From the NCBI RefSeq assembly GCF_001194135.2, contig NC_068982.1, positions 121,110,146-121,174,145 of the forward strand: DNA of 64,000 nucleotides, read 5' to 3'. The notes beneath the pieces are model-generated. The model worked only from the letters and a program-made list of their open reading frames with translations. It was not told the origin of the DNA and ran no database searches. Positions within the stretch are counted from its first letter, which is position 1; the number at the start of each line of letters is the position of its first letter. This DNA comes from Octopus bimaculoides. Its lineage: Eukaryota. Made by a program: the position numbers and the translations under genes. Positions 1 through 12,900 of this stretch are shown here, in pieces.

Positions 1-244
1 CCAGCAACCCTACAGAAACATTATTAAACAACATTACAACTATTTTAGACATTTATCACAAATTTCTAGCTCAACAAACCAATTTCTGGAATTTTTCTGA
101 CTCCTCCATTTTTTTTTTTTTTTCATTGAGTTTGATAAATTTTTATATATTTATTTTTACATGAACATTTTCAACTCAACATTAAACAATGAATTACTGT
201 CAGTTCACTAACTAGCCACTTAAAACTCTGCGTGTGTGTGCAAG

Positions 245-275
<31 letters not shown>

Positions 276-1209
276 GTGAGAGAGAGATACCTAGCAATGA
301 ATATTATGTCAACATAATCAAATATGAAATTATTCTGGATTGTAATATGTAAACAACAAGTAGACCAAACCATGACACTGTATCAACCAATAAGAGCTAT
401 ATAGTATTCTATATACACTAACCTTCTTCATCTTTGTCTCTAACACCCCCACACTATCAATATTTAAATGACACCAACCAATAAGACCTATATAATATTC
501 TACAGCAACTTTTTTTATAATGGTTTACTTTTGGCTTTTTACTTTAACGTGTGGCTCACATCGAAATATCAGACACGTCAAATCGTCCAACCCATGCTAG
601 CATGGAAAGCAGACGTTAAACAATGATGATGATGATAAGAATATGCCCTCATATCCATCACTGATAATGCTTATTGTAAGCAAACGTTAAACAAATTGTG
701 CTGCAAAACACTGTCTAAAAGTTATCAACAGCCCACAAATTCATGAAATTTGAAGATTTTTCTTTAGAAAAGTTCCTAGATTCACGAAGAGCACTTCAGA
801 GACCTACATATTTCTGACCATTACTGTACACAAAAATCCTCTACATTCTCTTCTATACAATAATTCTGCCACTAACAATATTTAAATAACATCAATTAAT
901 ACTAATGGTGTAATATTCTAAACACTGTAGCTCTTTTCTCAGTATTTAGATGACATTAACAAACATACAAACAGTTGTGGATGTTTTTGACCAGCAAACT
1001 TGAAAGATGTTTTATATATATTGCAGTTTTATAGAAGGTCATATTATATCAGATAAATTAGTATAGGATTGTGGGTATAATTTGTGAGGTAAAGTATTGG
1101 ATTGCTGGCACAATATGGGCGCAATACATTGTGAAATATGGGATTGTGGTAATGGTGAGGTGAAATTTTGGATCAAAGAATCCAGGGATTTGAGGACAAG
1201 TGCTTCAGA

Positions 1210-1500
1210 AGGCTGTTACACATGCTGTACACAGAGCACAAAACAAACAGCTTTATCAGGCAGTAAGCCACCAAATACACTGGCAGACTGGAATCACCCC
1301 TTGCACAGGTAAAAAGATGAAAGCTTACCTGGTATAGTCATGTTTCCCATTATAACTTCTTGTCCAAAACCATTCTTCAGAACACAGTTGAGGTTGGCAG
1401 ACAGAGAAAATCCTGGTTTGACAACATCAAGGACTGGACAGTGAACCTGCTACGCATAACAGAGATCAGTGGCGACAGTTAACTATGAAAGCCTCTAGAG
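1210..1500 (+). mobile_element. Decayed 3' fragment of an RTE-clade LINE
   Basis: GRQRKSWFDNIKDWT at 1396-1440 is a typical RTE C-terminus; the frame is broken. Confidence 0.65.
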
Positions 1501-1711
1501 TGGCATCTCTATGACTGGCTGCATCAGTTAAAGGATTTTGATGATGATGATGTTGTAGAGCAAAGTTTGTCTATATAGATGGGCCTGATATCTGGGGGGA
1601 AGTGTGAGCATATGAATGGACATGTGTTGATAGATACAACATCTGCAGTAAAGTAGGGGAGTTTGGGATTTTAAGAGGTATAAATAGCTTGTGATAGTGA
1701 TGTACAGTTAA

Positions 1712-1907
1712 CCATTTTGTCACCATGTTTCTGTTGAAATACTTTTCTTTATTTCAGTTAATTCTGAAAGTGAACTATATAAAATAACTTTGTCATTATT
1801 AAGCTAGTATTTAGAATAAAGTAACTGGAAATTTTAATTGAAGATTTAAATTTAGATTACTTTGAAACACTGCAGGGGCAGACTCAAGTGGGTTGGGATC
1901 AAAAGAG
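1712..1907. mobile_element. TTAA-flanked piggyBac-like MITE, degenerate copy
   Basis: TTAA at 1708-1711 and 1908-1911; internal similarity to 27797-28014. Confidence 0.6.
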
Positions 1908-1932
1908 TTAAGCAACAATAATAATAATAATG

Positions 1933-2144
1933 TTTTCTACTGGAAGCACAAGGCCTCAAATTTGTTGGGTGGGGACTAGTCGATTATATCAACCCCAGTG
2001 TTTCACTGGTACTTAATTTATCGACCCCGAAAAGATGAAAAGCAAGGTTGATCTCGGTGGAATTTGAACTCAGAATATAGCAACGAGCGAAATACTGTTA
2101 AGCATTTTATCCAGTGTGCTAATGATTCTGCTAGCTTGCCGCCT
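1933..2144 (-). mobile_element. tRNA-derived SINE, family A
   Basis: Reverse complement of the element at 2942-3156 and 50996-51212; (TAA)n tract follows. Confidence 0.85.
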
Positions 2145-2148
2145 TATT

Positions 2149-2195
<47 letters not shown>

Positions 2196-2636
2196 GAAGT
2201 AGAGTTGTTTCTAATATAGGCACAAATTTATCTCACCCTCCTTGGTGAAAACTAAGTTAACTCCATAGCTGTAACCACCCATTTCTCTGGATATATTCTC
2301 ACATCAACTGCAAGTCATATTTGTTTCTCTCACTCCAGTACTTTTGGTGTCCCCTCTACTTATTACTTTCTGTAGACAAACAGTAATAGGAGTAATGAAG
2401 TTCTGTCTTCTATAGTTGCAATAGATTTTATTTACACAGGTAAAGGGATCAGACTAATTCTATTTTGTATGTGGCTGTTGTAACATGCATTTGTTAGTAA
2501 TGAAAGATCAGGGTCCCAGTTTTGATGATTTAGTGATTACATATTTAATACATAGATGACCAAATAATCTAACTAGAAATGTATGTGGTGATACAGACAG
2601 GTAGTTAGGTTAGTGTTAATATATTTAACATGTGTA

Positions 2637-2850
2637 AGGCACCAAGCTGGCTGAATCGTAAGTAGACTGGGTAAAATGCATAGTGGCATTTTGTCCATCT
2701 TTATGTTGTGAGTTTAAATTCTGCTGAGGTCAACTTTATCCTTCATCCTTTCATGAGTCGATAAAATAAGTATCAGTTGAGTACTGGGGGTCAATGTAAT
2801 TGACTTACCCACTCCCCAGAAGCTGCTGGCCTTGTGCCAAAATTTGAAAC
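2637..2850 (+). mobile_element. tRNA-derived SINE, family A (older copy)
   Basis: gctggctgaatcg head; aggtcaactttatccttcatcc...gataaaataagtatcagttg core. Confidence 0.75.
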
Positions 2851-2941
2851 CAATATGTTTAATATGTGTAATATCATACAATCATTCTTGAAATATGTGA
2901 TAAGGAAAAATATATAAATAGCTAATATTATTTTCATTTAA

Positions 2942-3156
2942 GGCAACGAGCTGGCAGAAACATTAGCATGCTGGGCGAAATGCTTAGCGGTATTTCGTCT
3001 GTTTTTACATTCTGAATTCAAATTCTGCTGAGGTCGACTTTGCCTTTCATCCTTTCGGGGTCAATAAATTAAGTACCAGTTGCATACTAGGGTCAATCTA
3101 ATCGACTGACCCCACTCCCCCAAAATTTCGGGCCTTGTGCCTAGAGTAGAAAAGAA
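2942..3156 (+). mobile_element. tRNA-derived SINE, family A
   Basis: ggcaacgagctggcagaa head with A/B-box-like segments; central aggtcgactttgcctttcatcctttcggggtc...taagtaccagtt domain recurring across the window. Confidence 0.88.
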
Positions 3157-3845
3157 AAAATTATTTTCATTTTCCTGGCAAATGAGGAGATAATTTTAGA
3201 CATTGTTTTAGTCTTATTTGAACCTCTTTAGCTAAGTGTAGTCTTCCTGCACTTGCCAAATTAGTGATGAATAAAACATTGAGTAAATGTACAAAACTTT
3301 GTTTGTTGTTATAATGAAATACATTTGTTTCCTATGTTAACAATGTATAACTTGTATGGAAAGGCTGGGCGTAGCTAATTAGCTTAGATCAAGATTGAAT
3401 TATACAGTTGTTTATCATAATTACTGAAAGAAAGGAAATATTATCATTGATTGATTTTAACTATTTCTTGCCACTTTATTTATTTCTAATTATATATTTA
3501 ATGCTTTATCCATTAAATACGTCAACACTAACTTACCACTTGTTTTTCCACGTTGATGGCATCTCTAAATTATTTCAGTTTTGGTAGATTTTTGAAAATT
3601 ATATATGAAATGTTGATTGCAAAATGCTAATATATTGTATTATATATAATCAGTTTACACATGTATGTTTCTTATTTTTTTTTTGTTTCATTCACGAAGA
3701 AGAGACCATGCAAATAAATGTTTCCTTTGTTATGTTTTTTGTTTGTGTAAATATTATATATGTGTTATGTGAGTGTACATAAAATGTGTGTGTGGGTGCA
3801 TGTAAATCTGTCTTTATCACTTCTTTATAAACTATCTTTTTCTAG

Positions 3846-3908
3846 GAGTTTCTGCATGTGCGCCGAAATAATGCAGTGATGCTCCCTGGGAAATGTTCAC
3901 ACGGACTA
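3846..3908 (+). CDS. FNIP1/2: FNIP candidate exon, copy A (63 nt, phase 0-0): [21 protein letters not shown]
   Basis: tctttttctag acceptor and CTA|gtaagt donor; only frame 0 is open; phase matches the phase-0 exon at 14228; GKCSHG resembles the (A/G)KCCQ segment of vertebrate FNIP N-termini (recalled, not aligned). Confidence 0.7.
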
Positions 3909-6900
3909 GTAAGTGTATCCACTGTAGACACATGGGTCCTTTCTCACTCACCTATGTGCTTGGGCTTGGGCTTTTGTCTCTTCATGGACCCTCTCTCAAT
4001 CACCTTTGTGACTGGGTTTGGGCTTTTCTCTCTTCATTAACTAGTAGCTCATTTTCTGTCTTAAATTGTTGTTTGTGTTGTGTTGGTGTTATTATTTTTT
4101 TTTTTTGTTGTACTATGCTTTGGTGTTGGTATTGGCAGTAGTGGTGATGTTATTGGTGGTTGTTACCAATAGTGATGTTGATTGTGTTGGTGGTGTTGGT
4201 TTAATCAATAGGATTGGTGCGGTTGTTTCCCTTGTTATGTTTTTGTTTTGAGTAGATATCTGTGTGTTATGGGAGTACATAAAGTGTGTGTGTGTGTGTG
4301 TATGTGCATGTGTGCGTGTGCCTGTCTTTATCAGTGGTGCTGCTATTATCTTTTTCCAGGAAATTCTGCATGTGCACCAAAATAATGCAGTGACGCTTTC
4401 TGGGAAATGTTCACACGGACTAGTAAGCGTATCCACTGTAGACACATGGGTCCTTTCTCACCCACCTATGTGCTTGGATCAGTGGTGGTGGTGTGTTGGT
4501 ATCAGTAGGGTTGGTGGTGGTGTTGCCTTCAGTGGTGTCGGTGTTATTATTGTTGTCATTGATGTTTGTTGTGATGTAATTGTTATCTGTATTGAGAGTG
4601 GTGGTGGCAGTAGTTGTGTTATTGTTATCAGTGTTGTTATCATTAATAACAGTGTTGTCATTGATATCAGTGGTGGTGATGGTGGTGGTGGTATTACCAG
4701 TGTAATGGTACTATTTGTATCAATGGTGTTAGCCATGTTGTTTAGTGCCAAAATTTAGGACCAAAGGCTTTCATCTATGACTATCCCATGTTAAGGTTAT
4801 ACTACATGTTGGGTTACATTCTTCATCATGCCCTTTCTTTTTTTAACATGGATGGCTGCTATTTGTAGGAATTTTTGCTGCTGTTTATTAGTTGACCAAA
4901 TATCTATATAGAAGTTAGCTGGTGGTGGTAGTGGTGTTATCAACGATGCTGTTAGCTATGGTGTTACTGGTGGTGTGTCACCTTACTCATTCCTGATCAA
5001 GTTGTCTTGTGGCACTGAATAAATAGTGAGGCATGGCCCACATTTCTCTTCCCATTTCTACCATGTCACCGTCTAGCTAGCTAGGATGCAGCACCACATT
5101 CCGGACATATTTTCTCCATAGTCCTGCCTAATCTATTCTTGTACATCCCTAGATTTTAGTGGTTCCTCTAGTGGAGGGGGCAGTTAGAACACAACAGATG
5201 GTTACCAAGTGAAAAGAGGAGACAGAAATGCGGTGCAGATGGAATCATCATCTTGATTTAATATCAGTTATTCATGTTGATGCAGATTGGATGGTTTGAC
5301 ATGATCCAATCCACAAAGCTATGCTGGACATATTTTAGTTTTGGCATGATTTATATGACTGAATGTCATTCCTAATTCTAACCCCTTTACAATATATACT
5401 GAGTGCTTTGTTCATGTCACTGGCACTAGAGAGGTTGCCAAATATTTTGCAAGACAGTATAAAGAAAGGGAAAAGCAAAAGCCTCATTGACTGTGTGTGA
5501 GTGTATCTGAGAGAAGAAGCGGCTTTATGCCAAGTGTTGCTGGATAAAGTATGATGGAGGAACAAGCGAAGCTGTCTTATACTAGAGAAGATACAAGGCT
5601 ACCTTGTGTTATGTGAAGGTGGCTGGGAGCAGCTAGAAAGAAGACAGATGGTGGGGATGAGGTGCTAGAGCATACTCTCAAGGTACAAGAAGGTGAGTTT
5701 AAAGGAGACTGTAGACTGGATCAGGAGGGAAGGAAAGAGTGGGTAATTCCATAAGAGCATGGGAGGAGAGTGAGTGATGGTTAGAGATTGGGCTTGAGGT
5801 GAAAGTAGTGAGTGATGGTTAGAGATTGGGCTTGAGGTGAAAGTAGTGAGTGATGGTTAGAGATTGGGCTTGAGGTGAAAGTAGTGAGTGATGGTTAGAG
5901 ATTGGGCTTGAGGTGAAAGNNNNNNNNNNNNNNNNNNNNNNNNNNNNNNNNNNNNNNNNNNNNNNNNNNNNNNNNNNNNNNNNNNNNNNNNNNNNNNNNN
6001 NNNNNNNNNNNNNNNNNNNNNNNNNNNNNNNNNNNNNNNNNNNNNNNNNNNNNNNNNNNNNNNNNNNNNNNNNNNNNNNNNNNNNNNNNNNNNNNNNNNN
6101 NNNNNNNNNNNNNNNNNNNNNNNNNNNNNNNNNNNNNNNNNNNNNNNNNNNNNNNNNNNNNNNNNNNNNNNNNNNNNNNNNNNNNNNNNNNNNNNNNNNN
6201 NNNNNNNNNNNNNNNNNNNNNNNNNNNNNNNNNNNNNNNNNNNNNNNNNNNNNNNNNNNNNNNNNNNNNNNNNNNNNNNNNNNNNNNNNNNNNNNNNNNN
6301 NNNNNNNNNNNNNNNNNNNNNNGTGTTATTGTGATATGGGTGTGGTGTGACTTGTTTAATGCTAATACTGTTAATTACGCTGTATAAAAAATTACTAGTT
6401 TTATGGATTTTTTTTTTTTACATTTCCTTTTTCACTTGTGTAATTCTGATTATTGTACTTTTCTCTCTTTTTTTTTTTATGATAGCTATTTGTAGTATGT
6501 GTGTAGTTTTAAGGTTGTATTTCTTCCTATTGCATTTGTAAGATTTTTTTTTTAATTTTTTTTTTTTTTAGATGTGTGTATAATTATTTTGTTGAATGTA
6601 TGTACTGCACTGTCCATGCTGGTGATTTTTGATTCTGTTTCTTCGTGGAACTTGTTCCATAATTACTTTTTTTGACATTCATAAAAGTATTTTAGCTTTC
6701 TTCCTTATGTGCAAGTATGTTGTGATGATAATTGGTGTATAGTGTGAGAGAAAATGGGGAATTGTTTGCCAGTAGTTGTGATAGTTGGATGTGTGAAGCA
6801 GATGTGATGCCTGAGGAATAGTAGAGTTGTTAGTAGGCTTTGTATGTGTTGGTGTGGAGTATTCAAGAAACTGAATTTATCATCACCATCATTTAATGTC

Positions 6901-9900
6901 TGCCTTCCATGCTGGCATGGGTAGGGTGATTTGATGAATAACCAGTGAGCTATAGGGTTGTGATGAGCTCCAATGTCATCTTTACAGAGTGTACTGGGTG
7001 TTTTTCTTGTGCTACCAGCACTAATGAAGTTGCCCTGTAATTTCGAAGACAGAATTGAACAGAGGAGGAGGAGGAAAGGGAAGACAAAAGCTCTCACTAC
7101 TTTGAAAAAGTATTTGGGAGTGGGAGGTGGAGATGACTGGCTGTATACCAAGTGTCGAATGGCTGAAGTATGATAGAGGGACAAGTACATTTGTTTTGCT
7201 ATAAAGGAGATGAGAGGATAACAGTGATGGGTGCTAGAGCAAGCTCTCAAGGATCAGGAACGAGGTGAGCATAAGAGGGGATGAGGACAGTGGCTCATGG
7301 TAAGGGATGAGAGAATGGATGCTTTTATATGAGTGTAAGGAGGGAATAAACAGGTGGAAATAGAGGTTAGTGTAGTGAGTGAGGAACAAAGGTGGTGGTG
7401 CAGATGATGAGAAATACCAGTATGCAGAGAAGTGCAGTGGGTGACATAGGAGTGGCTCAGGAAGGAGAATAAACAGAAAGGAGTAGAAGGATGTGTAAGG
7501 TGTAGGATCTGTGAAGAGAGAGAGAGAGCGAGAGTGGAGGGGGGATACATAAGGGGTTAGGTGTTTAGAATAGAGTATCGGAGAGGGGAAATAGCACAGA
7601 AAGGAGGTTAATTGGTTGAAGACAGAAACGAGGTTGATTGGTTGAAAAGGTGTAAGTTGTGGTGATATAATCTATGTTCACTGAAAACCATGAGCTGAGT
7701 GCATTGAATCCTCTACCAGTGATGGTGTTTGTGAGACTATGGTTAAAATTTTCTAGCTTGGAATGGCTAATTTGTGGGATAGTTAATGAGAGTGATGGTG
7801 GGTGTATGCATATATTATTATATTAATGTGCTTCTGTGCTTCCTATTGCTAATTTTATTTTGAAAGCTTGCATATTTGTTTACAAATGTCATTTATGATA
7901 TCTGTATGTGTTGAATGCAATGTTTTATATCTGTTATAAGACCACTCCCATTGGGAAAAGGGTCTTTCAAATCTGATTTCAGTATAATTTGGAAAAGTGG
8001 GTGTTCAGTGTACTGATTGTAAGAATGGTTCCAGAATTATAGGTGTTTTTAAACAAGAAGCATTGTAAAAATTCAATATTTTGTATCATATTTCCAGAGT
8101 TTATTTTTCTGTGTGAAACGTTTATTTTCAGTATATTCTGTGCAGACTTACAACATAAGGAAAGGAAGTAATGGCACTTTCTGTTATATCATTATTGTTA
8201 CTGTCAGTGTTATTTGACCTGTAAAGTTATGTATTTTTTAAACACTCCACTTCACAAGATAAATAAGGCTTAAATGTTGTGTGAGTATTTTGAAGACATT
8301 GTAAGACATCATTGTTGGTGTCAGTGGTATTGACCATGTTGTTTAGTGCCAAGATTTAAGATCAAAAGCTTTATCTCTGACCATTCCATGTTAAGGTATA
8401 CTACATGTTGGAATACATGCTTTGTTCCAAGGGGTAGCCACTGTTGTTCTCTCACAGCATTTACATGCATAAGAACTATTTTCGTGTATCTATTCCACTT
8501 ATTTGACTTGCCTTCTTTTCTGAAATATATTCAGTATTGGTTTATTTTGTTTGTATCTTTATTGATAAATATTATAAAAAGAAAAGCAAAGAATTCACAA
8601 TTACACATCTTTAGCATCTAAGCCCAAACATTGGCAAGTTACAGTGCTAAAAATCGTTTGATGATACACATTGTCCATGTATGTTACGTGCTTTCAGTCA
8701 ATTAATCAATCATCATCATCATTTTTACAGTCACTTTTTCTATGTCTGCATGCATTGAACAAAATTTCTCGAGGCTTTATTCTACAGCTGGACACCCCTC
8801 TTGATGCCGACTGTTACTTGTTTTCAAGTGAGACACTTTATACCATGTCTTTGCATGTTGCATTGCTGGGGTACTGGACATTGTCCTTAAACAATGTTGC
8901 AATGATACCACTCCCTGAGTGGTATCGTTGAAGGGCATCCTACTGCAGAAACAAAGGCAAGACAAACTATAGAACCTGGTGTGGCTCCTGGCCTTGCCAG
9001 TTCCTCTCATGCTGTTCAACCCATGCCAGCATGGAAAATGGATGTTAAATGATGATGATGGTGATATATACAGTCAATCCCCATATAGTTTCCAGCTACC
9101 AAATTTCACTGATGAATCAGAAGTGAACCCATGGTTATAGTAGAAGACACATACCCAAGGTGCTCTGCTGTGGAATTGAAACTGAAACTAACCACATGCT
9201 TGTGAAGTAAAATTCTTAACTACACATCCTGCCAAAACAAGAAGTCTAATTACAAATAGAGAAATCAGAACCAGTGGGTACCATAGATTGTAGTATCAAG
9301 AGTCAAAGATTTTGTATACTGCATCTACATAGACTTTTGACCTCCTAGAAATAACAACCAAACTTCCTTCAAATTATATCTTGCTGTCTTAAATAAACTG
9401 GACATTAACTTTGTAGACAGGGCTGTCATGGCTGGAATGATTTTTATCCAGTGTCCATGGTGTATCTGTGACTGAAATCACAATATCCCTCCTAAACTGG
9501 ATGCCAGTCCATCACAGGGTCGGGTCACTCCGAGTGAACTGGCGCAGTGTGAAATGGAGTGCTTTGTTCTAAAACACAACATACCACTCAGTCTGAGAAT
9601 TGAAACCACGATCTTGCGATTGTAAGACCTTTAATCATAGTCCTGCTGAATCAGTGTTCACCTGGGACTAAACAACTGCTTAATTTCAAACTTCATCAAA
9701 GAATAAAATGCAAATATATTTGTGTGTACGTGCATGTTTGCATTCGTATGATGAATGAATATCTGTTTATGTAATTGTTTATAGACATACATTTAACTGT
9801 AGCCTTACTAAATTTCACTCCCACTCCTTCTTTTCTATTTCACTGCCCCACTTCTATTGTCTTTCTGAATTAGCTGTAATTTATTCATTGCACACTAATG

Positions 9901-12900
9901 ACTATAATAATGATAATTGCTGACTCTGGAGTGCTTTGTCCCATGTTTAAGAAATTATGAATGGGCTCATTGCCTATAAATTAGTGCTGATAATTATTTC
10001 TAACCTAAACTCAAGACCACTAATATAGAGAAGGAACAGTTGATCATTGATCACAGAATTGATATTCACATTGGAAGAAGTTGGATCCAGTAAGTAGGAC
10101 ATAACTAAATCATCATTATCATCAATTGATTAACATCTACTTTTCCATGCTAGCATGGATTGGATAGAATTAGTTGAAGCAGTCCGCCCCACACTCATGG
10201 TTGGATACCATCCCTGCTACCAACCCTCACCAGTTTCCAAGTAATGTAATATTTTGTGATAAGCAAGCAAGTTTTTCATTGAAGACTGGAAATGAACAAC
10301 ACTGCTTGCTTGTTTATAACCATTACATGATGTCAAGACAATGGTACATACATACAATCTCTGTCTACCTAGGGTATTCAGTTCACAGTCATAAGGTCAT
10401 GAGTTTGATTCCTGGTGGCATGTCGTGTCCTTGAGCAAGACACTTTATTTCATGTTGCTCCAGTCCAGTCAGCTGGCAAAAATGAGCAGTACTTGTATTT
10501 CTGTACCTTGTCGCATTCTGTGTCATGCTGAATCTGCGAGAACTACATTTAGGGTATGCATGTTTGTGAGGTGCTCAACCATTTGTACGTTAATTTCACT
10601 AGCAAGCTGTTCTGTTGATCGGATCAACTGGAACACTCATTGTCAGTGTGCATGTATGACAGAGTATAAGTGTCTTAAGAAAAGTTGGGCATAAGATGTA
10701 GTGTGTAGAAGAGATAGCTGTACTGGTATGATCATATGATGCATATGAACGAGGACAGATGTGTAAAGAAGTGTCTGTAACTGTGGAGGGAACCTGTGGA
10801 AGAGGTGGACCCAGGAAGACATGGGATGAGGTGTTGAAGCATGCTCTTCAAACATTGGGCCTAATGGAGGCAATGACTAGTGACTAAGACCTTTGGCGAT
10901 ATGCCGTGCTTGTGAAGTCCCATCATGCCAAATAAAATTGTAGTTGCAGCCGATGCTGGTGTCATGTAACTGGCACTTGTGCGAGTGACACATGAAAGGC
11001 ACCTCTTGAGCATTGGGCCTCATGGAGGCAATGATAAATAGCTGAGACCTTTGGCAATATGTTAATGCTTGAGTAGAAGACCCATCAAGCAAAGTGAAAT
11101 TGTAGTCATGGCAGATACTGGTGTTGTGCAACTGGCACCCGTGGCAGTGGCACATAAAAGTACCCATTGCACTCTTGGTGTGGTTGGCGTTAGGACGGGC
11201 ATCCAGCCATAGAAAACATGCCAAATCAGACTGGAGTCTGGTGTAGCCCCTCAGCTTACCAGTCCAGTCAAACCATCCAACCCATACCAGCATGGACATT
11301 GTTAAATGATGACCATGAAACAGAGTACCAGTTATATATATATATATATATATCTTTGCTATTATGTTAAACTGTCATATGTCCAAATTTAGCCAAAAGC
11401 ATTTTTTTTTTTTCAATATTTAATTTTGCTTGCAATAGCCAGTTCTTTTGGTCAAACTATTGTATCTCCAGCTGCTTCAGATGAAAATTGTCAAAGTGTA
11501 GTGCAATGGTTTAACATTTTTCAAAAGTGTAGTAAGTCCCACATACGACAATGCTAGCATGGAAGGCGGACGTTAAACGATGCATGGAGTTAGGATTTTT
11601 TGCACCTGACAAAGTATTATTGTTAAGCTGAAATTGTTACTAATGTAAAAAGAAATGGAATGGTGAAACTATTTTGTCGTTTTCTGAAAAAGCAATGTTT
11701 TGGACTTACGACACTTTTGCATAATAGCAACTATATATATATATATATATATATATACACGCACACTACACGAAACAAAAGTTGTGAGAAACTATAGGGC
11801 TTTTGTTATTCTCTTCTTCACTACCACATTTTCATTTTGATAACCATTTCGGAGCATTTTCTGACATTGCTATAGAATAATGTTTTTCCTGCCAATTGAG
11901 TTTTTACATTGTTTCTTTAAAACTCAAAGCATTATTTCTGTTTGGTACATCTACCTCTATAGACCATAGTTTTTTCTGTACCCATGTCTTTTATTTTGTC
12001 TTAGGTCGGCTATGGTCCAATAAAACACAAAAGTAATCCAGCCATGGCCTTTTTTTTTTTGTCTGGCTATAGCTTATCCTATATTTCCTTAGTTTGTATT
12101 ATTGTAGGATGTCTTAGCTGTTGTTTCTAAAAGTTTGAGCTTGTTGGCTCACATATTTCTTCATCTTTTTATAAATAACTATCTCATTTCTTCAAGTATT
12201 ATTCAAAAATAGTGGCTGAAAATCATTATAGTTTGTTGGTAAAAGAACTTTTGATAATTTGTAATTTGATACTGGTGCTTAGTGATAATTGTGTTTCATA
12301 GATGCTGTTTTACATTGTTAGGGGAATCAATCAAAAAAGAGTCAATGCATTTATCACTTAAAAACACTGACTTTACTTATCAACTAATTCCTATAAATCT
12401 GCTTGTCGATGTGACAAGGTATTTGTTGATTGTAGCTCATAAAGTTAGATGTATTTATCTGTAATATGTGTAAGATGTATAGCTTATACATACAACTTGG
12501 AAATAGATTTTTTGCCAGCCTGGCAAAAAATCTTTATTCAATTTAAATAGCTACTTTGTTTAGAACAGATGGAGATAACAATTGAATAATATTGTGAAGT
12601 GCGAGAGTTGTTAAGCTACTAAGATGAACCCTAGATGTACCATATCCATAATAGTACTCATGTGAATGCTATGTAGGAACTAACTAGACATTCAATTCTT
12701 TATTCATCTTTGTAACTTATAATCACTCCACTTACAATATTTTAGTTCTAACAAGCAACCACTAAATATTTCTGAAATTATTAAATACTCAGTGTTAGAT
12801 ATTACAGACTTAATCTATTTCTTTCTGTTTAGAAAATGTAGCTATTCTTGCATTATACTAATGTAGGCTTGGCTTAACTTTCCTGAACAACATTCTTCAA

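Noticed and set aside
4066-4758. ORFs of 90-164 aa rich in V/G or T/I
   Set aside because: They come from TG-rich low-complexity sequence; only the 63-nt exon within has splice and homology support.
5770-5919. CRISPR-like array
   Set aside because: The 38-bp units are contiguous with no spacers, there are no cas genes, and the context is eukaryotic.
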